64,000 nucleotides of DNA from Octopus bimaculoides (taxonomy: Eukaryota): the NCBI RefSeq assembly GCF_001194135.2, contig NC_068991.1:17215397-17279396 (forward strand). Reading direction: 5' to 3'. Of the stretch, positions 40,686-53,948 are shown in pieces. A program made the translations under genes and the position numbers. The stretch's first letter is position 1. Each line of letters starts with the position of its first letter. The notes below the pieces were generated by a model. It searched no databases. It was not told the origin of the DNA and saw nothing but the letters and a program-made list of their open reading frames with translations.

Positions 40686-40984
40686 TCATCATCATCAATC
40701 ATCGTTTAATGTCCGCTTTCCATGCTAGCATGGGTTGGACGATTTGACTGAGGACTGGTGAAACCGGATGGCAACACCAGGCTCCAATCTGATTTGGCAG
40801 AGTTTCTACAGCTGGATGCCCTTCCTAACGCCAACCACTCTGAGAGTGTAGTGGGTGCTTTTATGTGCCACTGGCATGAGGGCTAGTCAGGCGGTACTGG
40901 CAAGAGCCACGCTCAAAATGGTGCATTTTATGTGCCACCCGCACAAGAGCCAGTCCAGAGGCACTGGCAACGATCTTGCTCAAA
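40686..40984 (-). mobile_element. Young SINE family B
   Basis: Same tail and internal repeat units as 34977. Confidence 0.9.
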
Positions 40985-42433
40985 AGAAAATAAAAGAAAA
41001 AAATCTAAGAAGAGAATGTGTGTGGATGTAATCTTTTCTTTTACATTTCAGTCTAATGAAGATGAGGCAGTGTCCAAAGCCCCCCTTTTTTTTTCCTTTT
41101 CAGATAGCCCCTGTCTGGCAAAGTTGATGTGATTGATGTCTGGTTTGGATGTGTTATGTAGGTGGGTGGTGAAGTTCAGTAAAGTGTAAACATGGAAGAA
41201 ATTTTTTAAATTATTTCAGGAAAGAAGTTTGTTCAAAGGGCTTCATGTGGGGTGGGGTGATGCTGATAGAGGAGGGCTGGTGAGAGATGGAATTTTGTCT
41301 TACTCAGTTTGATGTGTCATAGAAGGCACTGTTATAGCAGCAGTACATTAAATCATTTATGTGCACACACACACACATATGCAATGTAAGGGATTCTTCA
41401 TTCTATTGGTTTCAAAGTGCTGGGCTAGTGAGCCATTTGTTGGCAAATGTCAGTAAATATCCCCTTTTCTAGCTTAGTATATTTTTGCATGAGGTGCAGA
41501 ATGTAAAGTCTCACAAACCCTGTGCATGCAATCACACACACACACTCACACATTTACATAATGCAATAGGCTTCTGTACAGTTTCTGACTTTTTTTTATT
41601 TACAAGGCATTGGCCAACTTGGGGCTGTAGTAGAAAACACATGCCCAAAGTGCTCTCCAGGGAAACTGAACTCAAAACCATTTGGCTAAGAAACAAGCAT
41701 ATTTATGTATTGATCTTGTTACTGAGATGTAATTATTAGTGTTACCTTCATTCCTGGTAATACCTACCTACCTACCACATCGTCTGCAGATAAATACCAT
41801 CAACCACTTGTCTCTCGAATTCCCTGTCCTACATTGTTTGTTGTAGGTAGCTCTTTAGTAAACCTAAGTCTTCTACTAGTTGGTCAAAAACTATTCTGAT
41901 GGGATGTCCCTTAGGTTGGTTTCCCTGTGCCAGTTCTTACATCAGCATTTGACTCACTGCTTTCAGTTTTATTGCTTTTGTAGTAGAAGTAGCTCTGGGA
42001 GATTACCATAAAGAACATGGTTTGTTGTATGAAACTCCCGTTTGATGTTGCTTTCAGAAGTCTTGTGTGTTCTGTCTAGTTTTCTTTCCAGTGTCTTACA
42101 ACCATATTAGAGGGATAGAAATGCTAGTAATGACATTTATTCATTCTTCACAAACCTTACTTTAGCCCTTCAGCATTTAAACCAGCCATAAACCAGCCAT
42201 ATCTGGCTAAAATATTCTACCTGCTTATTATTCAAACTGGTCAGATCCAGCTTCTCATACCTATCACACAAAATCATTCTTAAAATATACAATTATATCA
42301 TTGAAATCTCACAGCTATGAGATTATGCATGATTAATTCAAAGCAATATGAATAAATAAGCATTACAGAATAACCTGAATGCTAAAGGGTTAACTGTCAT
42401 CAGGTTGTCTACATTGGAGCTTGTGTGTGTATA

Positions 42434-43276
42434 CAGGGTGCGGTGAATAAACTGTTGTCTAAATTGCACAAAAATGAAAATAACGTTGACATCTCATTTT
42501 AACAGATATATTTACCAAAATTACATACAAATATTTTGAAATACTAAAGAGTAAATTTATTCAATAAAATTGCCATTGGATTCAACTATGGCCTCTACAT
42601 GACTTTGAAATCTCCTGCAACTCTTCTGGATGGTCACATTGTTTAAATTATGAATGCTGCCATAATCCTCGCTTTCGGTTCATCTTTGGTGTTACAAGGA
42701 GTTTTGTTGGTCTCTCGCTCAACTGCACCCCACACATAATAATATCAAGGGGGTTGCAGTTTGGGGAGTTAGGTGACCAAGTGTTAGAGGTGATGTGGTT
42801 GCAGAAATTGTCTGACAATGACAACTGGGTTCTCCTGCTTGTGTGACATGGTGTAGAGTCTTGTTGCCTGATAGGATCTTCCAGCAGCCACCCTCTTGAC
42901 CCAAGGAAGCACTACCTTCTCCAGGCACTTGATGTAGGGCTCCGTATTGACCATGAGGTCATATGGGAAGATGAATGGTGGCATAACGTCACCATCACTA
43001 GTGATCACTCCAAACATCATGATGGATATTTGATTTTTACCACTCTCGGTACATGTCTTCAGATTGACACCCAAACACTCTGAAATGTTTGTATTGGAAC
43101 TTCCAAGCAGTACAGCATGTCAATCCCAAATTTCTGGCAGAGTGAGTTGCATCATGGTGCTGTTTTTCTCACAGACTACGCCCAACTGACCCTACTATAC
43201 TGTGTAGTTGACAAAATCAAAACCAATGTGCAAAATTAAAAATATAAAATCGCGACAATTTACCCATCACACCCTG
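42434..43276 (-). mobile_element. Internally deleted Tc1/mariner DNA transposon (DD37D/maT-like) with TIRs and TA target duplication
   Basis: Left end TA|CAGGGTGCGGTGAATAAACTGT, right end ACAATTTACCCATCACACCCTG|TA. Minus-strand frames give IMMFGVITSDGDVMPPFIFP, IKCLEKVVLPWVKRVAAGR, WSPNSPNCNP and VWGAVERETNKTPCNTKDE, with frameshifts. Confidence 0.9.
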
Positions 43277-43681
43277 TATGCTTGCATGTATGTATTTGCG
43301 TGTGTGTGTGTGTGTATATATATATATAGCTCCCCCAGCCTTCTCAGTATGATAAAGGTATTTCAAATGAGAGGTGGTAACATTTACAAGTCATAAGTCT
43401 TATTGACAGTTTATTGTGTCTTGCTATTGACTTAACTATAAAGTTAGAAATGAGGGAGTTAACAAGTACCAACCTTTCATTTGTGACCTGGCCGCAAACG
43501 TGATCTTGTACCACTGTTTTTTATATTTTTAATAGCTTATGGTGAAAACCAAACCTGTCTTATTCTTTTTGAACTGGAGTTACAAAGAAATATTTCTTTA
43601 GAAATAAAATACCAACAAAATGTCTTTTCATTTTAAAGACTAATAACAACAAAAGATAAAGAAAGAAATTTTACAAAGCAC

Positions 43682-43716
<35 letters not shown>

Positions 43717-44040
43717 ATGGGTGGATGGGTGGATGGGTGGATGCAGCAGGCCTACTCAGTCCTTGCTGAGAGCATTGCTCTGTGGAATTGGGCAACATAA
43801 GAAAATGCCAAGGGTTAATTACTGCTGATAGCTTAAGTGAACGGACGAACAAATGAATGGATGAAGTTAGTCTAGGAATAATTGTGGAATCGGAAGGAGC
43901 TTTTGGATTATAGCTATCTGATTGCTGTAGAGAAAGAAGAAATGAAGGCGGATAAAAATAAAAAAGCTGTTGAATCAATATATAGTAGTGGTGTGGAAAT
44001 TCTGTACACACGCATGTGTGTGCATATATATATATATATA

Positions 44041-44443
44041 TACTCTTTTACTTGGTTTCAGTCATTTGACTGTGGCCATGCTGGAGCACCACCCTTAGTC
44101 GAGCAAATCGACCCCAGGAATTATTCTTTGGAAGCCTAGTACTTATTCTATTGGTCTCTTTTGCCAAACCGCTAAGTTACGGGTACATAAACACACCAGC
44201 ATCGGTTGTCAAGCGATGTTGGGGGGACAAATACAGACACGCAAACATATACACACACACACACATATATATATATACATATATACGACAGGCTTCTTTC
44301 AGTTTCCGTCTACCAAATCCACTCACAAGGCTTTGGTCAGCCCGTGGCTATAGTAGAAGACACTTGCCCAAGGTGCCATGCAGCGGGACTGAACCCGGAA
44401 CCATGTGGTTGGTAAGCAAGCTACTTACCACACAGCCACTCCT
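44041..44443 (-). mobile_element. Near full-length SINE family A
   Basis: Complete body. The head directly abuts the (ATC)n tail of a family B copy. Confidence 0.9.
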
Positions 44444-44607
44444 ATCATCATCATCATCATCATCATCATCGTTTAACGTCCGCTTTCCATGCTAGCATGG
44501 GTTGGACGATTTGACTGAGGACTGGTGAAACCGGATGGCAACACCAGGCTCCAGTCTGATTTGGCAGAGTTTCTACAGCTGGATGCCCTTCCTAACGCCA
44601 ACCACTC
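44444..44607 (-). mobile_element. Young 5'-truncated SINE family B
   Basis: (ATC)n tail and a body matching 40686. Confidence 0.9.
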
Positions 44608-47600
44608 TTTTATCTGTTTCGGTCATTGCACTGCAGCAATGCTGGGCATCATCTTAGAGTTTAGTTTATAAAATCAACCCTAGTATTTATTATGTCTGGC
44701 ACATAACATGTACACGTGTGTATGTGTGCCATACACATCACTTTACATGCATCACCCCACCTCCCAGTAATTATAAAGGTTGAATGTTTTTCTTTTGAGT
44801 GATTGTTTTCTTTTTATGGCTGGATAGATGTTCTTGCTGTTAATCACTAAACCATGATGTAGGAACACAACCTATTTGTTGTCCAACAGTTATGATATAA
44901 TTTGATCTTGGCCAGTAGTCCAGCACTGTAACAGCATAATCGTTTTCCCTTTATTTGTGAGTTTAATCCAGTCCATATCATGGTTTTACATAGTACATGG
45001 GAAGCAGCTGTAAGGATTGAGAATATCCGCTGACTGAGAGCACCAGTATGATATCTATATGAAACTGGTATGGATGTACTGTAACAACTTGGGTTTCAAG
45101 GGTCAACAACTGTTCAACATTCTGCTGATCAACCTCAGAGATTTGTGAGGTGTAGATGTGTAGGTCTTCAAAGAGTGTCCGGACAAATTTTTATCTGAGC
45201 ACTCTGCAAGGTGGTTGGTGTTAGGCGGGGCTTCCATCTGTAAAAACCATGTCAAAAACAGGCACAAAAGTATGGCGCAGTCTTCTGCCTGGCCAGCTCC
45301 TGTGAAACTGTCCAATCCATGCTAGCTTGGAAGGAGGACATTAAAACGATGATGAAGATGATGATACCAGATGAACCCACATTGTGGCAGGATGCACAAA
45401 GAAGAGCAGCTTCATCCAACTCATTACTTCAACAGAAACAGTAAAGAAACCCAAACACACTGAAAGGCAGTGCTCCAGCATGGCCTCAGCCTCTTGCAAA
45501 AACCAGTTACAGGTAAAAATATGCCCACATATAGTTGACTCTGCACACTTTATTGTAAGTGTTCACTGGACACTTCAGTGCATAATCTTAAAACTTTGAG
45601 GATACCCCTTGTATGCATAAATACAAAATCTTTGGTCATCATTCAATGACCCATTAAGGTTTATAGATCAGTTTTCTTTCTATGTTTATTGCAATGTTGC
45701 AGAAATTTTCACTTCATATAAACATGGTTCCTTAGTATCATTGCTCCCCCACATCTTTATATTGCCAGTTTTAGTCTGTCTCTCAGTATCTCAGTACTTC
45801 ACTCTGTCTATAAATCATAATACCATATCTGATTTAATCTATCTCTCAATAATTCATTGTATCTGTGGCTTCTGATCTAGTGTCTGTAACTGACAGGCCA
45901 TAATTTGTGACCCAGTATTAGATCTAGTTTATATATTAGTGCATCACTGTATCTAGGACGCCTGATCCAGTATTTTTATTGTAGACTATATCTCACCACC
46001 CCACTCTACTTGTGCATAATAAACCTATGTTTGATCCAGTGTATATCATAAATACTTCATCAATTCTGTTCCTGAATACTTTCACTGTGTCTAAGAGTCT
46101 TGATTCAGTATGTAATTTTACCTATACTTCAGTTCACCATAGTTCTCTGCACCAGTCTGCTATTTAATCTTTCTGTCTGTACCTCAGTATGAAGGAAGAC
46201 GAGGTACTGAGATGCAGTGTACTGTGAGCTAGTATTAGATTCCAGTTGCCATGATAGTTATACCACTTTCATAAGATTAGGAGGAGGAGGAGGAGTGAAC
46301 GGGAGGAAATTATGGTGATGAGGAGAGGGGGAGAGAGAGAGAGAGATTTCTATTGGCTGTAGAATTCTGCCATATTAGAGATCATTTATAATTACTGGTG
46401 AAGTTGACCTTAAGTGGACACCAAATGCTAGAAATACTTTCTAAATAAGGAATAAATATGCTCTGTGGTATACTCTTTTACAGTTTCAACCATTCAACTG
46501 TGGCCATACTGGGACATTAATAAGTTATATAATTTTTTTCACCACACACACACGCACACTTCATCTATATCTAATCTATCTTTATCCATCTTAGTTCTTT
46601 CTTCATTCATAATCTGTAAGCCCCCACTCCTTTCCATCTCCCTCACCAAAAACAAAAGGAGGATGATAGGTGTTGGTGGGTGCGGTGGGGTGGAGAAGAG
46701 AAAAATTCGATGATTTAATAAGATACGAATCTGAAACTAGGCCATTGATTCATTCATTGTAGCTGAGTGTGGAACTTTCACAATCTTCATGCATATGGGT
46801 GGTTGTTGTTTGAGTGTATGTATGTTTGTATGTATATATGTTATGTGTGTGTATGCGTGTACTCGCAAGCACACACATACAGTATGTGTATATCTTACAT
46901 TTTATAGAAATAGTTATACATCCTCCTCTACCCTCCACCCTAACTTACTATATCATATAGAATATAAAATACTTTCCACATCAACAGTGCTCAAGACAAC
47001 TTATTGATTTGAAAATCTACTGCAATGGGCTGTTGTTGTTATTTCATATTTTATTATATTGTATTAGGCTGTAGAGCACCAGACTAAATGCTTTGCAGTT
47101 TTCAGTTTTGTTAATTTATGCTCTCAGTTGAAATCCTGATGGTAATGGAGTGGGAGCGGGGTATTTGACTTAGTCTACTAGTCTTTGATCTCTCGAGGAA
47201 ACATCTGTCATTTCATGTCTGTTTTTAATGCTAGCATGGGTTGGAGGTGCCATGGAAATAAGTACTGGTCATGTACTGAGGGACAGCTGCTCTTATCTCG
47301 CCAGAGAGTCATCATTGTCATAGTTAATTATCATTCACCTTCCATTATGGCATGGGATGGACACTTTGATAGGACTACATTGAGCTCCAGTGTCTGCTTT
47401 GGCATGGTTTCCATGGCTGGAAGCCCTTCCTCATGCCAACAACTATATAGTGTGTACTGACTGCTTTTTCTTGTCATGACATTGGTACTAGTGAGATCAC
47501 TAAATAAGTAAGTAAGACAGAAGAAAAACCCTCATTGAAATGGGATTGTAGTAGACAGGGAGGTGGTTTTATGCCAGGTAGAGAGTGGTTAAAATACGAT

Positions 47601-47751
47601 AGAGGATCAGGCACATGTGTCTCCTTTGTAGAGGGGATACATGGCTACCCTATGGTGATCTATTATAAATTGTTATTAGTGTTTAAACTGTTGGCTCTGA
47701 TTTAGTAGACCTCTGTTCAAGGGTTTACAGTCAGAATTGTTCCATCTCTTT

Positions 47752-47785
<34 letters not shown>

Positions 47786-48786
47786 NNNNNNNNNNNNNNN
47801 NNNNNNNNNNNNNNNNNNNNNNNNNNNNNNNNNNNNNNNNNNNNNNNNNNNNNNNNNNNNNNNNNNNNNNNNNNNNNNNNNNNNNNNNNNNNNNNNNNNN
47901 NNNNNNNNNNNNNNNNNNNNNNNNNNNNNNNNNNNNNNNNNNNNNNNNNNNNNNNNNNNNNNNNNNNNNNNNNNNNNNNNNNNNNNNNNNNNNNNNNNNN
48001 NNNNNNNNNNNNNNNNNNNNNNNNNNNNNNNNNNNNNNNNNNNNNNNNNNNNNNNNNNNNNNNNNNNNNNNNNNNNNNNNNNNNNNNNNNNNNNNNNNNN
48101 NNNNNNNNNNNNNNNNNNNNNNNNNNNNNNNNNNNNNNNNNNNNNNNNNNNNNNNNNNNNNNNNNNNNNNNNNNNNNNNNNNNNNNNNNNNNNNNNNNNN
48201 NNNNNNNNNNNNNNNNNNNNNNNNNNNNNNNNNNNNNNNNNNNNNNNNNNNNNNNNNNNNNNNNNNNNNNNNNNNNNNNNNNNNNNNNNNNNNNNNNNNN
48301 NNNNNNNNNNNNNNNNNNNNNNNNNNNNNNNNNNNNNNNNNNNNNNNNNNNNNNNNNNNNNNNNNNNNNNNNNNNNNNNNNNNNNNNNNNNNNNNNNNNN
48401 NNNNNNNNNNNNNNNNNNNNNNNNNNNNNNNNNNNNNNNNNNNNNNNNNNNNNNNNATATATATATATATAATGTAACATTGTTTTATATACACAACTTG
48501 GACATAAAAACAAACATTTTATATGTATGTATGCATGTCATTATGCAGTTTTATTTCAAGATTTCTTGCCAATAGAGAAAGAGCCAGTTTCTAATCTAGA
48601 GCCTTCAGTGGAATTTCAACATCAACAACAGGGTATTTTTGTATGCATACATGTATGTATGTCTATGTGCAGATTTGTTTGTTTTGTTTTATGTATGCCT
48701 TCTCATGCATATACTTGCATATCTAGACATGCTCATTATATACTTAAATGATAAACTTCTGGAAAGTTTTATAGATTTTTACAGTT

Positions 48787-48994
48787 CCAGTTTTGCAGAC
48801 CACTGGTGTTTAGTACATTTTCATCTTCATCAATGCAAGAACACGATGGGTTAAGTAACTCTTCTAAAATTTCAATTCTGATTGCCATATCAAACAAGCT
48901 ACATGATATTGGCAAAGAATCAGCTGTTAGTAAGGTTCTATGTATTAGACCGAAATGCAGTCTCTTGTCTTGTGGGTACATGGTGACCTCACTG
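48787..48994 (+). repeat. ~210-bp segment repeated at 50620-50834
   Basis: CCAGTTTTGCAGACCACTGGTG...GGTGACCT(C/T)ACTG occurs at both sites, about 90% identical by eye. The second copy has a 7-nt insertion and continues into a family B tail ending near 50985. Confidence 0.9.
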
Positions 48995-49499
48995 CTTTCT
49001 TTTTTCTGGTTTTGAGAAGCCTAATTTCTCAAGATTGATATTTAGGCAGTGTGTTACATATCCCAATGCCCCAATACTTACAGGTATAAAGCTGAACTTG
49101 TAATTTGTATGTATGTTTATGTATGTATGTATTAAAGCTTGTCTAATCTAGCCCTGGATTTAAATACTTAAGATTCCTCATATAGTAATCTATCCAAGTG
49201 GTTATCATATATGTCATCCTAGGAAGGATCTGATCTATTGTTGTTGTTGCTTATTCATGTATAAATCACTGCACTTCATTTTAGTCTTGTTTGTTTCTTC
49301 TATTGTGCTGTTATTGTTTTTGTTACTCAACTTTTATATTTTTATTTTCATATCTGAAAAGCAAAAAAAAAAAATAAAAATAATTTCTTGATGCCACAGT
49401 TATATCATGAGTTTTCAAATCCTGAATATTCTCTCATAAATTCTTGATTTACCATTTACCGTTGTTCCAATAAATAGGTAATTCTACATTTATATCATA

Positions 49500-49885
49500 A
49501 ATTCTGCAATTCTCAATGTTACATAAGTTTTCCATTTTTCTATGTATTAGATATCCTTGATTATCAAATGTTGCATAAAGTTGGTGACCTCAATGTTATA
49601 TCACAAATTGATGATTCCCCCAGTGTTATATCACAAATTAGTGTCCTCACCAATATTATTATCACATTCTTGACACGGCGAGATGTCGTAAATTTTTGAA
49701 ACTCAATGTTACATCTTAAATTCTTGGCACTTGATGTTACGTCATAATTTCTTGCTACTTGATGTTACACCATAGTTTCCTCATACACAACATTACATCA
49801 TAATTTCTTCATATTCAATGTTACGTCATTATTTCATGAAAAACTCAGTGTTATGTCGTAAATTCTTGTTACTTGATGCTATAAA
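49500..49885. repeat. Degenerate ~28-bp minisatellite (consensus ACTCAATGTTACRTCATAAATTCTTG)
   Basis: The core TTAYRYC recurs at 49709, 49737, 49766, 49793, 49821 and 49851 (spacing 27-30 bp), with more decayed units upstream. Confidence 0.8.
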
Positions 49886-51683
49886 AATTGTGCAAAATGA
49901 AACCTCAAATTGTTTGATAATGAGATCAAAAATTGTTTAAATTTTTTACGAGTAGATATTTAGATCTGAGTTCAAGTGCTTGGTGGAGGTTAAGTGGAAC
50001 ATAGACTTGAAAATGAGGTTGAGAACCACTTCTAAAAGAACAGTTCTTTCAAAAGTTACAAGAAATTTTTCTCTCTTTGTATGTATTTGATATATGCATA
50101 TGGTGGTGTGTTTATGTACAGGGGGGTGTGCATCAGTTTTTATATCAACCAACAAGAGAGCCTGTACATTAGCACCTCCTAAAGTGGGTACTACTTCCTC
50201 CTTGGCAATGCTGAAAGATAAGGAGACATTAGGGAGCATTGAAAAGAAAATAATGTTGAAAAGATGAAGGAGCAAAGAATGCAAATTAGTATTTTCTTGT
50301 AAAACTGTCTCTTCCACGTTGTCCTTGGCAGCATTTGGAGCAATATAAAGAATTATTATACGCATATCTATAACAATGTTAGTTTATTGTTATAATCTTG
50401 ACTGGACCAAAGAAAAAAATATTGGCAATATGATATTAAATATTCAATATATAGCTTTACTCCATTACCAAGCTATTACTAATGTGCTTGATTTGCCAAA
50501 AAAGTGCTGTCCAGTGAATCTGTGAAAACTTCAGGATTTGAAGACTATTGCGTGTGTGTGTGTGTGTGGGGGGGGATTCAAGTTGATAAGACAAAGATTT
50601 GTTTTAAAGCACTTTGCAACCAGTTTTGCAGACCACTGGTGTTTAGTACATTTTCATTTTCATCAATGCAAGAACATGATAGGTTAAGTGACTCTTCTAA
50701 AATTTCAATTCTGATTGCCATATCAAACAAGCTACATGATATTTGCAAAGAATCAGTTGTTAGTAAGGTTCTATGTCGCATGTATTAGACCGAAATGCAA
50801 TCTCTTGTCTTGTGGGTACATGGTGACCTTACTGGTGCTGTTATCGGAGCCTGTAAAAAGCAGCCAGTTCTCCCTGTTAAATGGTTGGTGTTAGGAAGGG
50901 TATCAAGCTGTAGAAACTATGCCAAAATAGACATTGAAGTGTCCAACCCATGCCAGCAAAGAAAAGAGGACATGAAATGATGTTGGTGAGCATTAATACA
51001 ACAATGGATTGATGAAATGGGCAAGGGTTTAGAAGGCAGGTTATGCAGTCAACATTTGCATTGAATGAAGCTTTACTACAGCTTACATTCAGTTTATAAA
51101 AGAGTAAATAACTTGTGTTATTTGCCAGGTGTTTGGTAGCAGATACTAAGAGATAAAGAAAAGATTTCTCTAATAAAAATGTAGTGACAGCTGCAATTTC
51201 TGGAGCTCCATTGATCAGGGTTGCTATCGTAGATTCATTGGATACTAAGAAAAAGTCAGTGCTGGATGCATTGGTGGTGCATTGTGTAATCTATTTGCAA
51301 CATTTAGTTGCAGAAAATTTAGTGATCACTTGCATTGATCATTGCAATCAGTGCAACAATTAACAAAATCAAAAGCAGTCCTCTGTGACAGATTATTTGA
51401 ACAGACATGCAAACAAAACAAGAAAAGATTTAACCCCTTTAGAAACCATAGCTTGAAATGCACTGCCTTTAGCTCAGTTAATTTTGAAAATAATGAAGAA
51501 TTTAGTTAAGTACCTTTCTCATTTATTAATCTGGTGTTTGGAACATAAATTAGCATGAAATTTGGATGGACAATTTTTATTTAGATCACTTTAAAATGTG
51601 CTGTTTGTATCATAGGACCAGGCATGGTCTGAGGGGGTTTGATATCAAAAGGGTTAATTAGTTGCTATTTCTTACATAAATTT

Positions 51684-52400
51684 TGCTGGTTGTCACAGGG
51701 AACATGTTTGAACCGCTTTTATAGATTTTTGGAGAAACTTTAAGAATTCTTAGAAGACAGAAAAGCTTTCCTTTAAGATAACTTGAAATTTCATAAACTT
51801 ATATGTCAGATTTATATTTCAGGTCTAATGAAATGAATTTGCAACTGGAAGATGAATTAGATTTAACTTAAATGAAGGCTTCTATAGGCGCCTTTGCTAC
51901 AAAGCTTATTCTTGTCAAATACAACTTAGGATGTGGAGAATTTTACCAATTTCAAAGCCTTTCTGCACACGTGACATAAATGTGTGATGACATTGAGGTC
52001 TGCTGTCATCATTTGGAATAGTGAAGATCTTCTTGCTATGAAGATTCCAGAATGGGTCTTAGCTCCTTTAAATGTTGAAGAAACTGAAATGAATTTACCA
52101 GAATTGAATTGGCAACCAAAGAAGAGTTGAATCTCAATTCCAAGAATGGGTGCCATCATTACTGGTTGCAGCACCAAATTACAAATCTTGGTCCTGGATT
52201 GTGTGCTATTGCGGAAAGTTCCTAATTGCATTTCCAATCATCATATTTAGTTGAATGTGAATTTAGTGCCATTATGAAACTTTCAATGAAAAAGAGAAAC
52301 CAATAAATAATTGAATAATAATTGATTTAAGGTTACTGCTTCCTAAATACTGAGCAGAGTGTGGGAAAAGTAATCTCATCACATCGAGTCTTTCCTTGAA
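51684..52400 (+). pseudogene. hAT (Charlie/Buster-type) transposase relic, C-terminal half
   Basis: CWLSQGTCLNRFY, MNLQLE, KIPEWV and FLIAFP(fs)SSYLVECEFSAI...KKRN, matching the hAT RWLS motif and dimerization domain. Multiple stops and frameshifts. Confidence 0.85.
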
Positions 52401-53025
52401 GTAATTTTAGATAGTTACATTCAATGAATTTGTTTCTTATCGAGTAATGTCAGATATATTCAATAAATTCATTGGTTTTACATTTATTTTTCCCTGCTTT
52501 CATGGGTTAGACAAGGCATTGTCTTACAGTTGGATGTCCTTCTTTTTGCTAACTTCCTTTTTTTCATGTAAGGGGTTTCTCTTATTCCATATAACTTTGA
52601 AGGTGCAAAGCAGGCAGATAATTTGTTGACAGGCGAACTGACAATGTCAGCATTTACTTAATACACACTTTCTCCTCCCCACCCTCATTATTTTATGACT
52701 GTTTTTCCATGCTAATATGAGTTAGACATATATATTATTGAGGCAGTGTTTTACAGAAAGTTGCTCATCTTTAACCTAGACCTCAGCTTTCATATAAGAC
52801 ATCTTCTATTTTATTTACACAGCTTTAACCCTTTAGCATTGAGACCAGCCATATCTGGCCAAACTATTCTACCTGTTTTGTGTTCAAGCCAGCTAGATCT
52901 GGCCTCTCACACTACCCTGCAATGTCATTCTACATATAAACAATTACATTATGGAAATCTCAAAGATATGAGAGAATGCTGAATAAATCAAAACAATGTA
53001 AATAAATAAGCATTATATCTGACAG

Positions 53026-53295
53026 GCGCATGAATCGGTGGTTAGAGTGTCAGGCCACAGTCATGAGGTTGTGAGTTCGATTCCCGGACTGGGCTGTGTG
53101 TTGTACTCTTGAGCAAGATCCTTTATTTCACGTTGCTCCAGTTCACTCAGCTGTAGAAATAAGTTGTGGTGTCACTAGTACCAAGCTGTATCAGCCTTTG
53201 CCTTTCCCTTGGATAACATCGGTGGCATGGAGAGGGAAGCTGGTATGCACAGGCCACTGCTGGGTTTCCATAAACGACATTGCCCGGAATAACAA
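53026..53295 (+). mobile_element. tRNA-derived SINE family E with a CORE-like central block, inserted in a piggyBac-type MITE
   Basis: GGCGCATGAATCGGTGGTTAGAG...GAGTTCGATTCCCGG head, then CTTGAGCAAGATCCTTTATTTCACGTTGCTCCAGTTCACTCAGCTGTAGAAAT. A diverged relative lies at ~39425-39550. Confidence 0.75.
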
Positions 53296-53948
53296 AGTTT
53301 AGCAGGTCGGCTTATTAGATGTATAGTAATAAACTAAAATTACAAGAATCTAGGACAATTCATAACTGTCTCTCTTTCTCTTTCTCTCTGAAAAAAAAAA
53401 AAAAAANNNNNNNNNNAAAAAAAAAAAAAAAAGTCTCAAAATTTCAAGAATGCACTTTGTACCATGTTTATTAAAATTAAGATCTTTTAAAGCATGTCAA
53501 ACACCATGGTAAAGAAGATTTACATTATTTTACTATTTTGTCTTTTTGTAAATGAAGAGTTGAAAGGAAGGTGGTGTTAAAAAATTTCACTTATCTTTTT
53601 GGTTGGGGAAGAAGGGTGAATGGGGGAACTAGTATTTGTTTGTAGACCACTGCACGATTGATTCTTATACTCTATGGTCCTGTATGTTATGGTTGTTTCA
53701 TGCATTTATTCATGTAAAATCTACACTGTCAGATCATTATTTCCAGAGAGATCTGAGAGCATCTGAAGTTTTATGAGATCTAATTGGGCTGAGTTAGTTG
53801 TCTCTTAGTGGTCAAACTTGCAAGATTGTCTTTAGAGAAGCAGAGCTTAAATCTCCAAATCTATTTTACAATCGAGCTAAATGTAGGTTCCTTGTATGGA
53901 ACTGATGAAAATTATTTACTGTATTGTGTTTTGTGTAATTTTCCTCAG

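Noticed and set aside
44151-44495. Recurrent ORFs such as MSSDVGG...QIHSQGFGRPEAIVEDTCPRCHAVGLNPEPCGW in several places
   Set aside because: Repeated only because they are antisense readings of SINE family A. They are not a gene family.
45870-46160. Recurring TGATCCAGT-like motif at ~35-69 bp spacing
   Set aside because: The spacing is irregular and the intervening sequence is too diverged to support a defined tandem repeat by eye.
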